Shown piece by piece: positions 59,777 through 64,000 of a DNA stretch of 64,000 nucleotides (position 1 is its first letter; each line of letters opens with the position of its first letter). The notes under the pieces were generated by a model. It worked only from the letters and a program-made list of their open reading frames with translations, did no database searches and was not told the origin of the DNA. The translations under genes and the position numbers were made by a program. Source of the DNA: Zootoca vivipara (lineage: Eukaryota); contig NC_083284.1 of the NCBI RefSeq assembly GCF_963506605.1, forward strand, positions 51,584,001 to 51,648,000, written 5' to 3'.

Positions 59777-59997
59777 AAAATAAAAAAATTCCTTCAGTAG
59801 CACCTTAAAGACCAACTAAGTTTTTATTTTGGAGCTTTCGTGTGCATGCACACTTTTTCAGATAGATTGGTATCTGACGAAGTGTGCATGCACACGAAAG
59901 CTCATACCAAAATAAAAACTTAGTTGGTCTTTAAGGTGCTACTGAAGGAATTTTTTTATTTTGCTTCGACTCAGACCAACACGGCTACCTACCTGTA
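59777..59997. mobile_element. Penelope-like element, inverted (fold-back) terminal fragments
   Basis: 59777-59864 and 59871-59962 are near-perfect inverted copies; flanking ACCTGTATAAAGT duplicated (59764-59776 / 59998-60010). Confidence 0.78.
59867..59910 (+). ncRNA. Minimal type I hammerhead ribozyme (PLE-associated)
   Basis: TTGGTAT-CTGACGA-A-GTGTGCATGCACAC-GAAA-GC-TC-ATACCAA: 7-bp stem I, intact core, stem II hairpin, palindromic AGCT stem III. Confidence 0.72.
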
Positions 59998-61598
59998 ACC
60001 TGTATAAAGTGTAAGAAGTATATGAAGTATAAGAATTACAAGAATTGCACCTGTGCCCTAAACATTTGTACAGCGTGTATTTTAACCCCTTTCCACTGTA
60101 ATACACACTGCTCACCTTGCAAAGAAGGTAATTGTCTGGAAGCACCTTTTTGGTGTGTTTACAAACAGCTCACTCTGGAAAAGAATTTTTCAGTGTAAAA
60201 CTGGTTCAGCTGGTTTCAAACTAGTTCCCATACAGAGTTTCATATTCAAGAACAGACATCTATTTAAAATACTACTTGAGTTTGCCTGAAAGTTTCATTG
60301 AAAGAATTAGTCAGCTGATAAGTCTTCAAAATGACATTTTATGAACTAGCAGCTCCTCGTCATCATAGAATACTATACTCTTCAGCGAAGGCCTGCTTTG
60401 TAAGTGGATGTCTTGTGATCATGATCACTCACTATCCCAGCAACCAAAAAACCCCAAGATAAGAAATGCCACAAATAAGAAATGCCTTATTTGCATCACT
60501 CCTATCTAACACATAAGACTGATTAGTTGCAAAGTGCTCTCTACTCAATGAGAAGCTTACAGGCTTTCTTCACTGCTAAGGGCCATTTCACACATTATTG
60601 TGAGAAGTGAAGATACAGGAAACCAGGCAGAGGGCCTTCTCAGCAGTGGCACCCTCCCTATGTAACACCCTCCTTTCAGCTGTCAAGGAGATAAATAACT
60701 ACACAACTTTTAGAAGACATCTGAAGACAATCTTGTATCAGGAAGTTTTTAATGTTTGATATCTTACTGTGTTTTTATATGTACTGGAAGGAGATGCAGC
60801 AGTAGCAAACTTGTTTGTCCCAAGGTGGTAGAAGTAGTTGTGGTTCCTTGAAAGAGTGCTATCTGTATCATACACATGTGCCGTATCCATAATTTGAAGG
60901 TGTAATGGTACTGTACACAGTACCATTAAAAAGTGCCTCAGGTCTGCATGGCTTTTTATCTTAAAATATAAGCAGGATAATGAAAGTTAACCACATCCCA
61001 TTGTTCTTTAGACAGAAGCTTTCCTGCATCCATACAAGCTAGCCGAAGAGTAACTGCCCTACAGACTCTGGTTTATGGCACGAAGCAGTACTGCTAAGAA
61101 AAACTCTCTAGCAAGTGAATACTTGGCATTTAAACTTTCTAAGTCCAGTACTTCATACAGAAATCCTCGCTGCCACCTTTTAAAGGTGTATCAGTAATAT
61201 TTCCTGTAGGAGAAATGGGGGTGAGGTGAAGCTCAGAAAGGATGAGCTTTCATAAGACTGCCAAGCGTAGTAACATAGGAAGCTGCCTTATACAGTGTAC
61301 ACAAGGCTATTTACTTACATCCAATGTGCTCCCACTGCTGGGTTTGCGAAGCACACATTAGCCACAATCCACATCTGACCTGAAGTTGCTTGAGATATAT
61401 TGCATTTTTATGTTGTTTCCCCCAAAGCAATTTCAATCCAATTTGCATATGAGGACAACCACTCCCTCTCTCCACCCACTGGTGTGGGCAGGCAGCACTT
61501 GATTTGGAAACACATCCAACTGTACAGATGTGTGCAATCATGTGCAGGCATGATTTTAAAGGCAACGGCGGCAGGGGTGGACCTTGCTGCGTTTTAAT

Positions 61599-61734
61599 CA
61601 GGCACCCCCAAACTTCAGCCCTCCAGATGTTTTGGACTGCAATTCCCATCTTCCCCGACCATTGGTCCTGTTTGCTAGGGATCATGGGAGTTGTAGGCCA
61701 AAACATCTGGAGGGCCACAGTTTGGAGATGCCTG
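61599..61734. mobile_element. Palindromic hAT-type MITE
   Basis: CAGGCACCCCCAAAC...GTTTGGAGATGCCTG; TSD GTTTTAAT. Confidence 0.82.
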
Positions 61735-62039
61735 GTTTTAATGCATACACAACATGAGTCAGACCCTTGGTCCATTAGTTCAGTACTGTTTACACTGACG
61801 GGTAGCGGCTTGCCAGGATTTCAGACAAAGAATCTTATTTGGAAAGGCTGACGATTGAGCCTGATACATTCTACACTCAAAGGAGATGCTCTACCACTGA
61901 GCTATGTAACCCCCTGAAATTCATAGCAAGAGGAAAAATCTAAACTAATTCCCAACTCAGGCTCTTGAGAGACTACTGCAGCTCTCATTGTGCATGTGGA
62001 ATTTTGCATGCTGCTTTACAGCATAATATTACAGTGCCT

Positions 62040-62402
62040 GGACCCAGGTGGCGCTGTGGGTTAAACCACAGAGTCTAGGGCTTGCTGATCAGAAAGTCGG
62101 CAATTCGAATTCCTGCAACGGGGTGAGCTCCCGTTGCTCAATCCCAGCTCCTGCCCACCTAGCAGTTCGAAAGCACATCAAAGTGCAAGTAGATAAATAG
62201 GGACCGCTCCGGCGGGAAGGTAAACGCCGTTTCCGTGCGCTGCTCTGGTTTGCAAGAAGCAGCTTTGTCATGCTGGCCACATGACCCGGAAGCTGTCTGC
62301 GGACAAACGCCGGCTCCCTCGGCCTATAGAGAGAGATGAGCACCGCAACCCCAGAGTCGGACACGACTGGACCTGATGGTCAGGGGCCCCTTTACCTTTA
62401 CC
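62040..62402 (+). mobile_element. Sauria SINE
   Basis: Full length with (ACCTTT)n tail. Confidence 0.88.
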
Positions 62403-63240
62403 TATTCCAGTGCCTAGTTTACTGGCAGTGGAAGGAGGGAGGGAAACTACAGCAGGCATAGGCGGTACAAGTTTGCCTATGCCTGAACTACAGCAATTGG
62501 CCTGCTGTCAGCCAGGGGCTTCACTAAAAGAGGTTGGGAGAAGAATGGCAGTAGTGCCAGTAGTTCTCAAGAGTCTTTTGTTGCAGGCACGCTTCTCTGG
62601 AGTGAAAGGATCCTTGGATGTATGCCTGAGGAAGCTATTGTGTTGTCAGCTGTGACCAAGCTCTTGTTGATTTAAGGAGAGCACACAACCCGAGTCAGCA
62701 GCGCCCAGATTTCCAGCCACCCACTAACCATCAGAAACGTGGTATTTTGCAACAGCTATTTGCCAACTACTGGCTTGTTAGGTTATGGAAAGAGTGTCAG
62801 CATTACCAGCCACTCTTTGTAAAGAATGCCATGAGGTGGCTCTGTTAAAATCAGCATTCCAGTTGCAAAACCAGTGCAGTACAGGAAGGAAAGAGGGCTC
62901 ATCTGGGATTATAGCAGCATGTCAAGGGTGCTGGGAAAAGGAGGCCCAAAGGGACTTCAAACTAGGATTTATAGGAAGGAACATATTCCAATTGCCCCTT
63001 TGCCACTGAAGAGGATGATTAGAGCACAGGAGGGCAGGCTGTCTTAACAGTGGCAATTGTGAAAAAGGGGAATTTTAGAAGATGTGGCTTTGTTCTCTCT
63101 CTCCCATTAGGCTATGTCATGGTTTAAAATAACAAAATTCTGTGTTGCATTTCAGACATTTCCCCAAAAAAACCCACAGACACCAACTGGTTGCTATAAC
63201 AAATATTGGTTTGCAGCTCAGAGGACATTGCAATACTAAT

Positions 63241-63245
63241 TATTT

Positions 63246-63289
<44 letters not shown>

Positions 63290-63300
63290 CCTGCCCATCT
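63241..63300. repeat. (AAT)n microsatellite with L2 3'-end remnant
   Basis: (AAT)n followed by ATACCCTGCCCATCT, as at 57433-57505. Confidence 0.7.
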
Positions 63301-64000
63301 ATGGATATAAGCTAAAGCCTTTAACCCTGCATCACACATGTCTTTCATAGAGTACATTCTGCAAGCAGATCCCTGTCCCTTCCAGCCCGATTGGGGAGAG
63401 GGCAATTGGTGGACAGAAGTGGCAGCTGGTTGGTAAGCACTGGTTGGTGCTTGAATTGTAAGCAGTGAGAAGGGGAGAAGCAGCTCCGGAGGTGGTTGAG
63501 GAGTATGGCTGCACTTTGGAGAGTATGAGGCAATCCCTAAGGTCCATACGCTTCTCCAGACTTTGGAGCAAAGGATTGTCTCTGACCCTGGACCACAGAG
63601 GACGTTGTCTCTGAAGTTCAGTGTGCCATTAGATCCTCTGGAGCAGGGTTATGGTATGCACAAGCCAAAATTCACAAGCTCCAGGAGAAAATGGTGGAGC
63701 TGTTTCTGTTTGGCCATCTGTGTGCACTAGCATGAAATATATATATATCAATTCATTTGCAGCTAAGTTCCAAGAATTTTCCAGAAAGAACTGGTAGTTA
63801 CTTCACGGAAGCAAACACAAATATGCTTCTTGTTTGGCTAGTAGAGTCAAACATTTACATTTCTGATCGCAGTGTGAGGTCAGTACAAGTTGGGCAAGTG
63901 AGTGATCCTGATGGGATATAAGGTAATCCTGTCTGCATGTGTTGACTGGCCACCCTGGGCCCTGTAAGGAAGTGTCAGATAGTAGGAACAAGAGTTGCAA

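Noticed and set aside
56800-64000. First coding exon of ACSL1
   Set aside because: No sequence resembling the ACSL1 N-terminus found; ORFs at 57172-57372 and 63332-63571 do not match, so the exon probably lies beyond the window

Overview
Vertebrate nuclear DNA, most likely from a squamate (lizard), judged from Sauria SINEs and BovB, L2, L1 and Penelope repeats. It holds the conserved PRIMPOL(+) / CENPU(-) / ACSL1(-) gene block. Visible here are the last coding exon of PRIMPOL (6093-6407), a complete 12-exon CENPU CDS (22921->7341, ~371 aa) with a CpG-island promoter, and ACSL1 from its second coding exon to the stop (56780->29440). ACSL1 includes two tandem, mutually exclusive 'gate' exons; its first coding exon was not found in the window. 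Positions 1-5200, inferred to be PRIMPOL's last intron, carry the 3' ends of two sense-oriented ERVs: a gamma-type env plus a 1.45-kb LTR, and a class II (beta-like) element whose env is reduced to a Rec/Rem-like leader and a tail. Introns are dense with transposons: a young 5'-truncated L1 nested in a ~1.35-kb non-coding retroposon, a related 1.24-kb retroposon, L2, RTE, BovB, hAT and Tc1/mariner MITEs, a non-autonomous Helitron, and Penelope fragments with minimal hammerhead ribozymes. Most ORFs in the supplied track are spurious. All family and gene assignments come from recalled motifs and manual reading; no database search was run.
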